Below, piece after piece: positions 51,601 to 64,000 of a DNA stretch of 64,000 nucleotides. Positions within the stretch are counted from its first letter, which is position 1. Every line of letters begins with the position of its first letter. This stretch comes from Octopus sinensis (taxonomy: Eukaryota). Position numbers and translations under genes: made by a program. The notes beneath the pieces are model-generated. The model ran no database searches and was not told the DNA's origin. It saw only the letters and a list, made by a program, of their open reading frames with translations. The DNA is taken from NCBI RefSeq assembly GCF_006345805.1, contig NC_043011.1, positions 49,178,464 to 49,242,463 of the forward strand, given 5' to 3'.

Positions 51601-54593
51601 ATTGTTTTCATTCCAGCACACGGTCTCAGATCAGGTCAGTTGCTATGCAAGTACATCTCCGATTGTATTATAATCCCTTATAAAACGTTTTTTCCAAATT
51701 TTAAGCCCCAAATTTAGGGAGTTTCTTATACATATGGGTCCCTTATACATGTTAAAATATGGTGATTTTTTAAAAAAGATGTCTGGTTGGAATGGAAGAT
51801 TTTAAAGAGAGAATTAATACATAGGCACAGACATGGATGTGCGGTTAGAAGCTTGCTTCCCAACCACATGATATCCTGGTTCAGTCTTGGGCCAGTGTTT
51901 TCTATCATAGCCTCAGGTTGACCAAAGCCTTGTGAGTGGATTCGGTTGATGGAAACTGAAAGAAGCCTGTCATATATATATATTTATATGTGTGAATGTG
52001 TGTGTGTTTATGCTTGTGTTTGTCTCCCTCCATTGCTTGCCAGTCAGTGTTTATGTTACTGTAACTTAGCAGTTTGAGAAAAAAAAACTGATAAAATGAG
52101 TACCAGACTTGATGAAATAAAACTATCTGGGTCAATTTGTTCATTGAAAACCTTAAAGGTGGAGCCCCAGCATGGCTGCCATCCAATGACTGAAGCAAGT
52201 AAAAGGTAAGATAACAGGTCCTAGTAGACGAAATGGCATAAAAGAAAAGGGACCATGTGGTTAGGAAGCAAGCTGCTTACCACACAGCCACTCCTGCACC
52301 TCTCTCTTAATTATTTTTATCCAAAGTTAATTTAAAGAGAATTTCTAAAGCTCATTCATTAAAACAAGCTTTGTTATCATCATCAGCAACATCATCACCA
52401 TCATCACACCCATCGTCATCACCAGCATCTTTGTTATTATTCACTCAATCACTACCATCATCATCATCATCATAAGATTAAACGAAATAAAAGAAGGGGG
52501 AAAAATTGTCTTATGAAGTTAGATAGCAAGGAATAACAAAAATAATTCACAACGATATATTATACACACACACATATATATATATATATATAGGCACTCT
52601 CATATATTGGCATGTTTGTGTGTACACATGACTATATGTCTCTGTATATTTGTGTGTGTGTGTGTGTGCATATATATCTTTGCATACATATATATTATAT
52701 ATATATTTGCACATGCATATATCTTTACATACATATATATTTATAGGGTTCGAATTTACAGAAAACAAAAGACCGTGGCAGGTGAGATAACAACAAGCAG
52801 GTTTATTATATATATACACACACACACTCATTTTCATATATAAACATATATATATATATCTATACACACACACAAACACACGCATATTTACATATATATA
52901 TTATATATACACACACACACTCATTTTCATATATAAACATATATATATATATCTATACACACACACAAACACACGCATATTTACATATATATATATATAT
53001 ACACACACATATATTTACATATATATTAAATATATATACACACACATTCACATATATATATATATATATATGTACACACATATTTACATATATATTATAT
53101 ATATATACACGCACATTTACATATACATACATATATATATACACACGCACATTTACATATATATATATGTACACACATATTTACATATATATATATGTAT
53201 ATATACATGTATATATACACACACATTTACATATATATATATATATATGCACACACATTTACATACATACATATATATATATATACTCACACACACACAC
53301 ACACACATACAAGTTTTCTCATAATTACCTGCTTTCAACTTAGATATGAACACTGTCATTCTTATTTTCATTATATTAAGAGAAAAAAGAAAAAAACTTT
53401 CGTTGTCTTCTAATTATGTGTTAGCTTACAACTCGTTTGGTTTGTCTCCATCCATCTCATATAACCTAATGAATGATAGATTCAGTCTACACCCATTTAA
53501 AATATCTGCTTTAACTAAAATTTTTACTTCAGGAATACTTTACCTATTTTTACATTATTTTTAACTCAGCTAATTTTTGAAGTAACATCCGTTTGTTAAA
53601 TTTCTGCTCATTTTAATCTCAAAGTCTTTTTCCTCATATCTCACAAAACGCTGATTAAATCTACTATATATTTACATACCAATATTCGCTTGACAACTTA
53701 TGTTTTCCTAGTCCATTATTAATTTCTGTCCCTGTCTACAAATATTTTTTTAAAATTTGAAGCTAGTTTAATTTTATTTCTAATTCTTCAAATTTTCCAT
53801 CACTTTTCAAATTTTGATTTGAATCTGTAATTTTCCTAGCTTGCCGTCAATCAAATCAGGTTCAGCCTTTGCGTTTTAAATTTTCTATATTATGTCTCCT
53901 ATATATTAAATAAAGGTGTAATTTGATTTCATGCTCTCCTATATATTAGACAGAGGTGCAATTTTGATTTCATTCTCTTCAACAAGCTAACAAGCAATGT
54001 AAGCTTTGCATTCATACATACACACACAAATAAATACATACATACATACATACACTATTTTACTTGTTTCAGTCATTTGACTGTGGCCATGTTGGAGCAC
54101 TGCCTTTAGTCAAGCACATTGACCCCATGACTTATTCTTTGGAAGGACTGGCAAACGAGAAGGCTGTACCAGGCTCAAATCTGATATGGTAAGTTTTCTA
54201 CAGCTGGATGCGCTTTCTAACGCCAACCACTCCAAGAGAGGGTGCTTTTTACATGCCACTGGCATAGGAGCCAGTCAGGCAGCACTGGCAACGGCCAGTC
54301 TCGAATGGTGCTTTAATGTGCCACTGGTACAGAAGCCAGTCAGATGGCACTGTCATTGACCGTGCTCAAATGGTGATTTTTATGTGCCACCGGCACGGGT
54401 GCCAGTCAGGCAGTACTGGCATTAGCCACGACAATGACTTCACTTGATCCAACAGGTCTTCGCAAGCACAGTTTATTGCCTAATGTTTGAAGGGTACTTG
54501 AAATGGGCCGGTTATGTTGCATTGCCACAGGTCACGATTATGGTCTTACTTGGCTTGCCGGGCCTTCAAAAGCACAGCATATCTATCAATCTA

Positions 54594-54631
<38 letters not shown>

Positions 54632-55739
54632 TGCATGTATATATACATGCATGCATACATACATACATACATACATACATGCATACATACATACATACAT
54701 ACATACATACATACATACATACATACACACACATATATATACAAACTCACACATACAGACACACACAGACATACATATTCATGGGATTTTGTAATCGGTT
54801 GTCGTGTAGCAGTTTTATGCTTTGACGTATATATGAATAGCTGTTATTTTTTTTATATACATTCATCCCTATCTTTAAAAAATACTGATATATAATGAAA
54901 AAACTGGAGCTTTATAAGGTATTTCTTTAATAATAACTTACAATCCTGCCTATTTCTACAGCTCTTTCATTTCTACCACCTCTGCAGGGATATCTTGACT
55001 TTGAGATCTAATCTCATTATGCGTGATTTGTCGCATGATATAGCTGTGAAGGAACATGGCTTAGTGGTTAGGGCATTCGGCTCACAATTGTAAGGTTGTT
55101 AGTTCAATTCCTGGTGATGCGTTGTGTCCTTGAGCAAGACACTTTATTTCACATTGCTCCAAGTCCACTCAGATGGCAAAAATGAGTAATACCTGTATTT
55201 CAAGGGGCCAGCCTTGTCACACTCTGTGTCATGCTGAATCTCCCTGAGAACTATATTAGGGGTACATGTGTCTGTAGATTGCTCAGTCACTTGCACGTTA
55301 ATTTCATGAGCAAGCTTTTTCATTGATCGTATCAGCTGGGACCCTCTTCATCATAATCGACGGAGTGCTCCTTGTTATAGCATGGCTAATTCCTCAGTTC
55401 TAGCTGAAACCACCTGCAATATTGACTAAATATCTGCTCTTTTTCCCAATGTCCACCGAGCCTCAATATCTTTTCTTTTCTCCTCACCATTCTGTCATTT
55501 TACCAGACTAGGGCATGATCCTAATGCACTTTCACTCCAATCTGGTCATTCTTTCTTACACTTCTTACCCATGCAACCTCTCCTGCACAAATCTAAAACA
55601 TGCATAACTTACTGCCACACAAATTTTCCCCTATACACACGCACACTTCAAGCCCAGGTCATTTACTTATACCTGGCCCCACTGCTGTAAAGACTATTTA
55701 TGCTTACAAGATATGATTTCTTCTCCTTCTATAATATTT

Positions 55740-56000
55740 GCCAGTTTACCTGTACAGCAGGATCCTCATCTATTAATTACATCTAATACCCACTATGGTG
55801 GCAAGACTATTTGGAGACTATTTTGCAAGCACCTTCAGAATGTCTGTCAAAACAATGCTGTACTACTAATTACATGCCACATCCACAAAACCAAACTATA
55901 CATCTTGACACGTCTCCATCACCAGAATTTCTGAACACCATGCTTCTCCAGTTGGAACAATAGCTCATGTTTTGCCTCAGAACAACTTGGCTCCATGAAT
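55740..56000 (+). mobile_element. Degenerate Penelope-like GIY-YIG fragment
   Basis: Frameshifted remnants resembling ITC..C.KLYI and QLEQ*LMFCL, typical of the PLE endonuclease end. Confidence 0.35.
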
Positions 56001-56420
56001 TTAATAACCAGATAACTACTTGATAAATGCTCACACACACACACAAACAAGTACACATATTAATATGTGTATTCACTGAGAACTGATAAATTACAGAACT
56101 CAATAACTATAAAGTATTACTTATTACATTTTAACTGCATGTTTCTAATGGTAGTGAATGTCATTACCTGATGCTGTAGCCTTCTCAGTTACTTTCATTC
56201 TTTCTCTCTCTTTCTCTTTGTATAAATAAACATGCACATATATGTATGTATATATATATATGTATATATGTGTGTGTGTGGGTGTGTGAGTACGTATGTG
56301 TATGTATATACACACATGTAGGCATACACATGTATACATACATATGTATGTATATGTGTTTGTGTGTGTGTGTAAATGTATATATACAGAAGAAAGAAAA
56401 AGAGAATATAACACACACAT

Positions 56421-56451
<31 letters not shown>

Positions 56452-56552
56452 CACACACATACACACACATCTAAAACAATTACCATAAGTGTGCTGCATA
56501 TTTCAAAGTCATGCTTGCATAGGAATAATGGCTGGGACTGTACTTCATCCAC

Positions 56553-56587
<35 letters not shown>

Positions 56588-56672
56588 TATAGATATAATA
56601 TATACATATGTATATATGTATATGTACATATGTATATATACATGAGTATATATATATGCAAATATGTATATG

Positions 56673-56710
<38 letters not shown>

Positions 56711-57017
56711 CATACAGAAAAAGAGAGAGAGGTGGGGGGGATGCAGAAATAGAGACAGAGAGCTGCCTATAGATTGATCTACAGATAGAGACTAATTATC
56801 ATTGTCTAAATGCAATGGTATATTTTCGACAATTTGACATTTTTAACCAAAAACCCCCAACTGTGACAGACTGAAATGAAATTAAGTCTCGTTTCTTCAT
56901 ATTTTAATTACATTGAAACCATTTCCAAAGACTGGTTATAATTGATTTCCTAGAACTCAACAGACAGACACGAGAAACGAAATCCACTTTGCATTTTACT
57001 AACACTACTGCTACTAC

Positions 57018-57117
57018 NNNNNNNNNNNNNNNNNNNNNNNNNNNNNNNNNNNNNNNNNNNNNNNNNNNNNNNNNNNNNNNNNNNNNNNNNNNNNNNNNNN
57101 NNNNNNNNNNNNNNNNN
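57018..57117. other. Assembly gap (100 N)
   Basis: Run of N. Confidence 1.
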
Positions 57118-57706
57118 TGTGTGAACTGCTTCCCTACCACTGGGCCATTGCACCTCCACACACACAATATATATATATATATATATATATATTTGGTGAA
57201 AAGATTTTTTTTTCTCAGGTAGGTGTGGTAAGTAGCTTGCCTAACCCACCATTGGTTCCGGGGTTTATTCCACTGTGTGGCACCTTGGGCAACTGTTTTA
57301 TCTTCAGGGTGCCTAAGGCTTTAGTGGTGGAAACAGAACGAAAGCCCGTCGATCGCATATATGTATGTATGTTGTGTGTGTATATGTTTGCGTGCCTGTG
57401 TTTTGTCCCCGCCAACATCCCTTGACAACCGACTGGTGACATCTGGTGTGTTTTTAGCAAAGTCCGATAGTAACTAGTACCTAGCTTCCAAAGAATAAGT
57501 CTTGGAGGCGATTTGCTCGACTAAAGGCGGTGCTCCAGCAAGGCTGCAGTCAAATGACTGAAGCAAGCAAAGATAAAAGATTGAGAAAACAAAATGTGTG
57601 ATGGGGCTTTTGCTTTTATAGATGTGTGAGCCGCGCTTTCAGTTCTTAATGTTTTCCAAGCCCGTGTTATTATATATAGAGTGGAAGTTGTTTTCAGTCA
57701 ATTTGT

Positions 57707-57921
57707 TTGTTGACTATTTCTGGTTTTAGCTTCAGACTCAGAAAGCATATGAAAATTCTTCTTTTGCCTTCCAAGAAGGTTTCCCTTCATTTATTGTGCA
57801 CAAGGAAAATTTACAATTTTTCCTCTTCATAAAATAAATTAAGAGAACAACCTTCTCTGGAAGGCAAAAGAATATTTCATAAGCTTTCTGAGTCCAAAGC
57901 TAAACCAGAAATAGTCAACAA
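57707..57921. mobile_element. MITE-like element, ~72-bp imperfect inverted repeats
   Basis: 57707-57779 pairs with 57851-57921 (TTGTTGACTATTTCTGGTTT... / ...AAACCAGAAATAGTCAACAA). Confidence 0.7.
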
Positions 57922-59533
57922 CAATTTTATTCTAGAGGTTGAAAATGATGTGGAGACAGAACTGATGGTATTGCTCAAAGGTGACAGTAGGTAACCCATG
58001 ACTCAGGGCCATAAAGAGAAAAAGGTAATGTTACCTTTGTGAGTTATGTTGACACATAAAGCCTGATCTCCCGGTTTCCATGCCCCATATATCCCCCACC
58101 TTGACAGGACCCTGGTCCTTCATAGGGTTACTCATTTTTGCCAGCTGAGTGGACTGGAGCAACATGAAATGAAGTGTTTTGCTCAAGAACACAATGCATC
58201 GCCCAGTCCAGGAATCGAAACCATAATCTTACGACAATAAATCCAACACTCTAACCACTAATCCATATATCTCCATTACTCAGAGCCATGCAAGAATGCG
58301 GTCAGCAAAATGGCTCTATACATTCTGATCTTCGATTCTTCCCTTGCGAAACAGGTAAGAAGGTTAGCAAGAGAATGATCATCCAGCTGTAAAACAATGG
58401 TTCGGCAATATGTATTCATCTAACCCATGCTAGCATGAAAAAAAAAAGACAAACAAAATAAGGTCTCTCTACCCCTCTCCCCCTTTCTTCCACTTGTCTC
58501 TGTCTTTCTCCATCTATTTTCTCAAACTTTCACCTTCTCTATCAGCAACATTCTTCCTTCTCTCTCTTTCTCTCTCTTTTTCTCTCTCTCTGCCACCTCT
58601 CTCCACCCCCTCTCCCTCACTCTCTCTTTCTGTCTTTCTCTCTCTCTTTCTCCCTCTATCTTCATCTGTTGTGTCCAGAAGAGATTCTTCTTTCTTTTTC
58701 CCTCTCTCTTTCTCTCTCCTCTCTCTCTTCCACCACTCGTCTACACCAGTTCCTTCTCTCTTTCCCTTTCTCCTTCTCCCCCCTCTCTCTCTCTCGCTTT
58801 CCCACCTCTCTCTCTCTTTATCCACCTGTCTATCTTCCACCTGCTGTGTCCAGAAGGTTCTTCCTTCTCTCTCTCTCTCTCTCTCTCTCTCACCTCCTAC
58901 ACCAGTTTCTTGTCTCTCTCTCTCTCTCGCTCCCCACCTCACTTCCTACAACAGTCCCTCCTCCTCCTCTTCCCTCCTTAAATCCTACCTCACGCCAACC
59001 CTCCCCCTCCCTACCCTCTCGCCTTGCCTCACCTCCACCTCCACAGACCTTTCACAGATGCTGCAATCACTGGTCTGTAAATTAGAAAGATGCAATGACA
59101 CAAATCTGCTGAGATTATCACCATTGCAGCTGTTGTTCCCATTACTGCTGCCGCTACCGCTGCCTCTGCTGCTGTAGTTGCTCTAATAGCTTTACTCAAC
59201 CAGTTCCATTTCCACACAATCTAAACAAACACATACCCCACCCTCAAGTACCTTGAAAATCTCTCTACACATCACTGTACACAACCACATGATGTTTCTA
59301 CCCAAATTCCCACTGCATATAAATCATATACCAAGTTTATATTCACTCCTGAAGAAGGACCACATAGATGGTCTGATCAGATGATCTGTTAGAAATAACA
59401 GCTAGATATTCCTCAATTCATATCCTACCATCTTCAAAGAAAAAAATGACAGAATAATGTAATCCACAGTTCACTGTATGTAAGTAAAAGATGGGATAGT
59501 CATGGTTGGAATGCTTTTGATTATAGGTTCCAC

Positions 59534-61183
59534 CTACTGAGTTCTTTTACATTTGTAGAAGGGAAAGATCTTAAATTTTCCTTCTCCACACGTAGCTAGG
59601 TGTGTACTTAGTGGTATTTTGCGTAGTTCTTCCTGCCGAATATGTTGTCGGTGAATCCTGGCTCGCTGGCACAAAGAATTACCAGTTTCATCTACGTAAT
59701 TCTCCTTGCACGTGGTGCAGGTTATGCAGTATATAACGTTCTGCATCTTGCAGTTCATATCTGCATTTACTTTGAATATGTCACCACTTTTAAACCTTAT
59801 CTCTCTGTTTCCCTCTATGTATTTGTAGGTGGGGTTGCTGCAGATCCCACATCTACCATCTCCGCACTCTTTTGCAAAGAATTCCGTTTTAGTTTCTGAA
59901 GAGAATTTCGCTCTTGTTAGGTGTTTCTTTAGGTTTTTGTCCTGTCGTCTACTGTTTTTTATGCTATATTTGTTTAATATGTTCTTCATTTTGGGGCTTT
60001 GTAAGGCTATTGGTAGGTTTGAATGTATGGTTTGGAAGATGTTGGTAACTCCAGGGTTGTGCATGTTTATAAAAGGGATAATGTTTTCTTTGTTTTTTGT
60101 TTTGGGTGTCCTGAGTTGTGTGATGTCTAGTTTTAATGCTCTTGTGATTCCATTTTCTATTAGTTTAAGGGGGTATTTTTGCTCTAGAAGGAAGTTTTTG
60201 AGTTCATCTAGTCTTATTAGTCGTATTTGTGAATCAGTTACTATGCTACATATTCGTCTTGCCATACTATATGGGATGTTTCTTTTTGTGTGGGATGGGT
60301 GGCAGGAGTGGAAATTTAAGTATTGGTGTGTGTCAGTTTTTTTGTAGTGGATGTCTGTTGTGACAATGGAGTTGTGTATTTTGATGTTGATGTCTAGGAA
60401 GGGAAGTTCGTTGTGGCTGATATCTATTGTGAAGTTGATAGATGGGTGCAGCATATTGAGGATGTTGTGGAATGTTCGTAGGTCTTCTTCTTATCTGTTC
60501 CAAAAGATGAAGCAGTCATCGAGGTAGCGTTTCCACTTTTTCTTGATGTCTTCTCTGAAGTCGTGTTCGAAGACTTTCCCTATTTCATTATATAGTTTGT
60601 TCTCCAGGAAGCCCATCACCAGGTTGGCATATGAAGGTGCGAATTTTTTACCCATAGCCATGCCTTTTATCTGTCGGTATGTCTTGTTGCTGAAGGAGAA
60701 TGTATTTTCTTCGAGTATTAGTTGGGTGGCTTGGGTGATAAAGTTTGTCTTGAAGTGTTCGTCTATAAGTTCTCTGTATTTTTCTATTGATTATTTTATA
60801 GCTTCTAGACCTAGGGTGTGTGGAATGTTTGTGTATAGATTTGTGACATCAAAGCTTGCAAGTATGGTGTTTTTCGGTACTGTATTTGGAATGTGTGTGA
60901 GGAAGTCTATGTCATCCCTTATGTAGCTTGGTATCTGTGGGCATAAAGGTTTGAGGAGTATATCTATGAAGTGGCTTAGTTGTTGTATTGGTGCCTGGGG
61001 TCCTGCCACTATTGGTCTCATTGTGAGGTCTGCAGGCCTTTGTATTTTTATATAGTGGTTCCCCTGTTCCTTTATGGCTCTCTGTATTTCAAAGCTTTTA
61101 TGAATTTTAGGTAATCCATAAAAATTGCTTTCTTTGGTTCGTGAGTTGCATAGATAGTCTTTCTCCTTATCTGTAAAAGAGTC
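59534..61183 (-). mobile_element. Penelope-like element (probably Neptune clade): RT + GIY-YIG, truncated, two in-frame stops
   Basis: Single minus frame: FYGLPKIHK, RPIVAG, SFDVTNLYTNIP, GMAMG..FAPSYANL, YLDD (60515-26), HPSINFT, LPFLD, CGDGRCGIC Cys motif, NVIYCITCTTCKENYVDETG. TAA at 60791-93 and ~60491-93. Confidence 0.9.
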
Positions 61184-61609
61184 CTATATATATATATATA
61201 TAGTTGATGTTAGAAAGGGCATCCATCTACAGAATCCAGGCCAAAACAGACTAGTGTGTAGTGCAGCACTCTGGCTTACCAGTTTCAATCAAACCGTCCA
61301 ACCCATGACAGCATAGAAAATGGACATTAAATGATAATGATGATGATTTTATACACACATATATACACGTTTAATTTGTAAACTTGTTGATGATTTAAAT
61401 CTCTATTTCTTCTTGCATCAATTTCTTCAGTGAATTTTATCTGCCTCATGCAAGTTTGGAAAAAGTGCATACTAAAATGATGATGATGATGAGGGAGAGG
61501 AGATAGAAGAGGCAGAGGGAGAAGAAGAGGAAAATAATACATAAATGTGTGTGTGTATCCATATATGAATATGTGCATATATATATATATATACACACGC
61601 ACACACATT

Positions 61610-61650
<41 letters not shown>

Positions 61651-63239
61651 GCATTCACACATACATATCTATATATACACACACGCATTCATACATATAC
61701 ACAAGCATTTATGCATATATATATATACACACACATTCATACATACATACACACATATATATACATGCATACATACATATACATACATACAGCATGTGTG
61801 TGTATATAACATTTGTGCGTATATAGGTGTTCCTTCCGAATAAAGGCAGAAATTACGTAGCAAGGCAAAAAATAGTAATTCCTTTTGATGTGTATGTTCT
61901 AAGCATCGTAGGTTACAATTCTGTAAAAGAAAATTGGAAAGCAGAGAGGGATGATGGCCCTTCACCCCACCCCACCCCACACACACACTCATACAAACAC
62001 ACTTTCCATAACCATTCAGTTCTGACATTTTCGCAGAATTATGCTTCATAAAGTTACGCATACTTTTGAAGAATTATTATCTCAGATGTTTAAAACACAA
62101 ATCTAAAGAAATTTTCGAAAGAAATCAAAACTGAAAAATTACAATAGGGAAAAAAAAGAAGTCACCAAAAACATGTTATAACTAACCCAAAGTTCTTTTT
62201 GCCTTTTGTAGAATCTTAATCTACAATGTTTAAAATACAGACATCCAAAGAAATTTGCTGCACTACATATATATGGAAATGCATGGCCTAGTGGTTAAGG
62301 TCAGGATCACTAGACTGTGGGTTCAATTCATGGACTGGGTGGTGTGTTGTGTTCTTGAGCAAAACACTTCAGTTTACATTACTCAGTGGTTTAGAGAGAG
62401 AGAGAGAGGCAGAGTCATTGGCACATCAGCAGAAACACTTTACGGTATATCTTCCGGATCTCTACATTGTGAGTTCAAATACCATTTGCCCCAAGAAGCA
62501 GTAAAATACTCCCATCATTTATTCCAAGTCTAGTCGTGGTAGCTGAAGTTCCAGTAATCTAATTAACATTGGTAGGGGAGGATGTGGGCCCTTCTGAGTC
62601 ACATAGAGAGTGCTGGAGAAGACCCACGTGCACAGAACCTGTCCAAGGGTAGACCACCTCTATACTAAATATAGTTACCACCTCCATATATGTATATAGG
62701 AAGAGGCATGAAAGGGTGGTTGCAAAGCTTGTTTCCCAGCCATGTGGTCTTGGGTTCAGTTCCACTGCTTGTCATCTTGTGCAAGAGTCTTCTGCAATAG
62801 CGCCCTGACCAGAAACTGGAGAGAGCCCTGGCAAGTCTGTGCGGTACAAAGTGAGCTGGCAGAATCGTTAGCACACCAGGCGAAATACTTAGCTCTATTT
62901 TGTCTGTTCCAAGTTCAAATTCCGCTGAGGGCGACTTTGCCTTTCATCCTTTCGAGGTCGATTAAATAAGTACTAGTTACGCACTGGGATTGATATAATC
63001 GACTTAATCCATTTGTCTGTCCTTGTTGGTCCCCTCTGTGTGTAGCCCCTTGTAGGCAGTAAAGAAATAAGAAGCTTGCTTCCCAATCATACAATCCTGG
63101 GTTCGGTTCCACTGGGTGGTGTCATGGACAAGTGTCTTTTACTATAGCCACAGGCCAACCAAAGTTTTGTGACTTGATTTGAAAGACAGAAACTGAAAGA
63201 AGCCCATTGTACACACACACACACACACATATATATATA

Positions 63240-63882
63240 GGTCGAATGGTGATCGGCAGTGATGAAATAGAGGAGGTAAGGGAATATGTCTACCTGGGAC
63301 AGGAAGTAAATATGTGCCGAGATATCGAAAAGGAGATCTCATGGAGAGTAAGGGCCGGATGGAAGGCGTTTAATGGCATAAGGGATGTGCTCAAGGGAAG
63401 GTTGGACAGGACCACCCACGCCAACCTCATTAACAGTGCAGTTCTGCCTGCAATGTTATATGGCAGTGAAACACGGGCCACCACAAAGAGAGAAGAGCAA
63501 AGACTGGTAACGGCTCAAAGAGCTATGGAAAGGTCAATGCTTGGTATCTCGTTGAGAGAGCACATCAGTAGCGATATCATCAGAAAGAAGTCCGGTATGA
63601 GAGATGTCATCGCAGAGTATACATGCAGCAAGTATAGATGGGCTGGACACGTCGCCTGGCTCACCGATAATCGGTGGACCCATGCAGTTGTCGAGTGGTA
63701 CCCGCGCGAGCGGAAAAGACCACCCAGAAGACCTCCACGACGGTGGAGTAACGATTTCAGGAGGACGAATGGCATCACGTGGATGAGAAAGGTGTGATCC
63801 AGAGAGGAGTGGACAGTGTGCTGTGACCAGCGGTGTCAAATGGATGCCTGACGAACTCGTCGGTCAAGGTGATCAAGGTGAT
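63240..63882 (+). mobile_element. RTE-1-like LINE 3' portion
   Basis: EYVYLG, RVRAGWKAF, AVLPAMLYGSET, AQRAMERSMLGISL, WAGHV, WYPRERKRP..RPP.RW; tail TCAAGGTGATCAAGGTGA. Confidence 0.9.
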
Positions 63883-63883
63883 A

Positions 63884-63919
<36 letters not shown>

Positions 63920-64000
63920 CATACATACATGTATGTATGTATGTGTGCCTGTGTTTGTCCCCCTACCATCACTTGACAAGCAATGTTGGTGTGTTTACAT

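Larger units (their letters stand above)
50767..51762. mobile_element. Tc1/mariner-pogo-like MITE hosting nested insertions
   Basis: TA then CCGTATTTTAATGTGTATAAG (50767-87); CTTATACATGTTAAAATATGG (51742-62), 18/21 match. Confidence 0.6.

Noticed and set aside
59346-59385. CTGAAGA-AGGACC...GGTCT hammerhead-like start
   Set aside because: GAAA is replaced by GATC and no stem I/III can be formed; at most a dead remnant.
59829-60926. Plus-strand ORFs of 172 and 127 aa
   Set aside because: Antisense shadows of the Penelope-like ORF.

Overview
A 64-kb, very AT-rich, repeat-saturated animal region. It is most likely from an octopus/coleoid cephalopod; this is an inference from the extreme (TA)n/(CA)n/(TACA)n/(ATT)n load and from tRNA-derived SINE families I recall from Octopus. 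No intact protein-coding gene can be supported. Almost all long ORFs in the track are microsatellite read-through. Recognisable coding remnants are all retroelements: a 1.65-kb Penelope-like element (RT + GIY-YIG, two in-frame stops), two smaller Penelope fragments, an R4/Dong-type restriction-like-endonuclease tail, three RTE 3' ends and a CR1 3' end. The rest is four SINE families, two non-autonomous Helitrons, several MITE/foldback elements, higher-order minisatellites and a 100-N gap. The strongest unexplained signal is a set of minimal type I hammerhead ribozyme motifs with palindromic stem III. One is a 154-bp-arm foldback carrying a hammerhead on each strand (43.3-43.6 kb), which has a ribozyme-less deletion derivative at 15.9 kb. 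There is also one hammerhead-like motif with its three strands in a non-canonical order (30.5 kb). A few splice-bounded candidate exons are reported at low confidence. SINE and LINE-fragment boundaries are approximate.
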